A stretch of DNA of 36,377 bases from an uncultured Candidatus Saccharibacteria bacterium (GTDB lineage Bacteria; Patescibacteriota; Minisyncoccia; Phycocordibacterales; PALSA-1337): positions 1 through 36,377 of the forward strand of contig CAYIQG010000002.1 of the NCBI GenBank assembly GCA_964365535.1. The letters run 5' to 3'. Shown here piece by piece: positions 35,258 through 36,377 of the stretch. Below the pieces are notes generated by a model. The model was not told the DNA's origin and did no database searches. It saw nothing but the letters and a program-made list of their open reading frames with translations. Each line of letters opens with the position of its first letter. Positions within the stretch are counted from its first letter, which is position 1. Both the position numbers and the translations under genes were made by a program.

Positions 35258-35266
35258 ATTGTAACA
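35258..35266 (-). promoter_or_regulatory. Extended -10 TGTTACAAT, 6 nt upstream of the ftsW ATG
   Basis: Minus-strand reading: TGTTACAAT-AGCAAA-ATG(35251). Confidence 0.5.
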
Positions 35267-35328
35267 TTAATTATCTCGTTTTCCCTATTGATTCTTTTCC
35301 GAATCCAAAGAAATAGAAAGTGACTATT

Positions 35329-35358
35329 GAATATATGGCTTAATAGAGCCACATATTC
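35329..35358. promoter_or_regulatory. Palindrome GAATATATGGCT-TAATAG-AGCCACATATTC, related to the 28554-28577 motif
   Basis: 12-bp arms with one mismatch. It shares the ATATGGCT/AGCCA(C)ATAT core and sits 31 nt upstream of the -35 element of the putative ncRNA promoter. Confidence 0.4.
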
Positions 35359-35388
35359 ACAGTAGTCATCAACAAAGTGTAAAAATGC

Positions 35389-35416
35389 TTGACAAAATAT
35401 GTGGGTATGCTATGCT
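35389..35416 (+). promoter_or_regulatory. Near-consensus promoter TTGACA-N16-(TGc)TATGCT
   Basis: TTGACA at 35389-94 and TGCTATGCT at 35408-16. No ORF of 60 aa or more follows on either strand for about 520 nt. Confidence 0.6.
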
Positions 35417-35422
35417 ATCGGC

Positions 35423-35905
35423 AGATAAGGACATTGATACGGTGGTCCACTGGCATGCGTTCCACTTTGGTTTTCTGTCATAGAAATCAAAGTGGAGCGC
35501 GTGCCTAGGTGATTTTTGTGGGATCCCATCTTGGCGCTAGCGACCTTAGAGGCAAAATCTGATACGCCTCAAGAGTCTGGTTGAGACAGAAACAAAGTCT
35601 TGACCTAAGAAGTGAGTTTTAAAACTTCTTCGAACTTTTCTGGCGTTGGGATGCAACTGGCGCTGGAGTTTACGAAGATGTTCACTTCTTGAAAGACCAT
35701 AAAACTGCTGTAGATTATTTGGAGAGCAGATCTCAATAATCTCAAGCAGAGGTCTGCAATACCTCTGTGTCAGCAGAAATTTGGATCCTCCACCAAAAAA
35801 GGGCTATCGGGTAAGACCATTATAGCCAAGGAACCCGCTATCCTATGAACATTGCGGACTGGGCGCGCGCCGACTTACTGAGTCGACCCGCGCCCTTTTT
35901 CTTTT
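35423..35905 (+). ncRNA. Candidate ~480-nt structured non-coding RNA of unknown class
   Basis: Bounded by the promoter above and an intrinsic terminator (GGGCGCG...CGCGCCC + TTTTTCTTTT, 35861-35905). 18-bp helix 35452-69/35488-505 with two U.G pairs. 9-bp helix 35579-87/35597-605 with two wobbles. Three-way junction at 35705-35776. The wobble pairs would be A.C mismatches on the other strand. Confidence 0.55.
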
Positions 35906-35940
35906 CATAGAAATAATTAGTCAATAGAAGACTAATGAGA

Positions 35941-36377
35941 CTAATAAATAACTCCTATGGCTCTTTTTACCTCTACCAATTTCTTGTTCGCCTTTTCATT
36001 CGTTTTCACCGCGCTCTCTTTCAATATTTCAATTACTCGTTTTTCATCTTTTGCCAACTCCACGCGCCGTTCTCGAAGAGGTTCAATAAATGCGTTAATG
36101 TCTTCAATTAACGCCTCCTTCAAGATTTTATACTTACCGATATTTTTCTCATAAAATAGTTTCAATTCTTTTCCATCTTTAAAAAGTCTGTGAATATTAA
36201 AAACATTTTCTGGAATACCGGCACCGGAATCCGTAACAATACTCATTACCGCCTTCGCAATTTCCTCGCGACTAGCAAATAATGGAATTGTATTGTCATA
36301 ACTTTTCGACATTTTACGACCATCAATTCCCGGAACAGTCGCAACACCTTCTATAATCAAGGGTTCAGGTAGTTTAA
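35941..36377 (-). CDS. trpS: Tryptophanyl-tRNA synthetase, C-terminal part (gene runs off the window)
   Basis: LPEPLIIEG...IDGRKMSKSYDNTIPLF (KMSKS) and a C-terminal anticodon-binding helix bundle. The frame stays open to position 36377. Confidence 0.85.
   Translation of the reverse strand, partial: KLPEPLIIEGVATVPGIDGRKMSKSYDNTIPLFASREEIAKAVMSIVTDSGAGIPENVFNIHRLFKDGKELKLFYEKNIGKYKILKEALIEDINAFIEPLRERRVELAKDEKRVIEILKESAVKTNEKANKKLVEVKRAIGVIY

Noticed and set aside
35423-35905. Possibility that the structured RNA is RNase P RNA, tmRNA, SRP RNA or 6S RNA
   Set aside because: It has no GGAAAGUCC / ACAGAAnnCGGCUUA P4 pair (only a loose GAACCCGCUAUC resemblance). It has no GGUUCGA T-arm with a CCA end and no tag ORF ending in an Ala-rich peptide. 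It has no SRP domain IV motif. It is more than twice the length of 6S RNA. I cannot fully exclude these without a covariance-model scan.

Overview
About 36.4 kb of a compact, AT-leaning bacterial chromosome with almost no Shine-Dalgarno motifs and the standard genetic code. By inference it fits a Patescibacteria/CPR (Parcubacteria-like) genome best. Most of the window is housekeeping. It holds a partial tRNA-Ser, five aminoacyl-tRNA synthetases (proS, lysS, cysS, gltX, partial trpS), glycolysis genes (gpmA, eno), and translation/transcription factors (frr, greA, rplI, rpmA). It also holds a dense set of envelope genes: mreB-mreC-mreD-like-PBP2, ftsW-murG, rseP, ctpA, an M23 peptidase and a lytic-transglycosylase-like protein. 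Three regions stand out. (1) An accessory-looking block at 11.3-16.8 kb sits between proS/NYN and mreB. It carries an orphan restriction-modification controller (C-protein)-like HTH regulator, transcribed divergently from a ~1,200-aa secreted carbohydrate-binding-module (CBM)/Fn3/Ig-like protein. A dockerin-bearing secreted protein and a membrane-anchored cohesin protein follow, making a candidate cell-surface display or attachment module. (2) The 690-bp ORF-free gap between ftsW and trpS looks like a ~480-nt stand-alone structured RNA gene. It has a near-consensus promoter, several helices with G.U pairs that only work on the + strand, and an intrinsic terminator. It lacks the RNase P, tmRNA and SRP signature motifs I could recall. 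(3) At least eight genes have a -10 element (often extended, TGn) exactly 6-7 nt upstream of the start codon, which suggests widespread leaderless mRNAs. Smaller oddities are a DedA-PAP2 fusion, a CorA homolog without the GMN motif, a catalytically dead S1-like protease, a ProRS without the INS editing domain and two NYN-domain genes. Others are tandem paralogous mini membrane peptides, a 166-nt palindrome followed by T-tracts phased at 11 bp, a thrice-repeated 26-nt palindromic element, and a GC-rich nested hairpin upstream of gltX. I found no CRISPR array, transposase, integrase or rRNA. All protein calls rest on motif recognition by eye, not on database searches.
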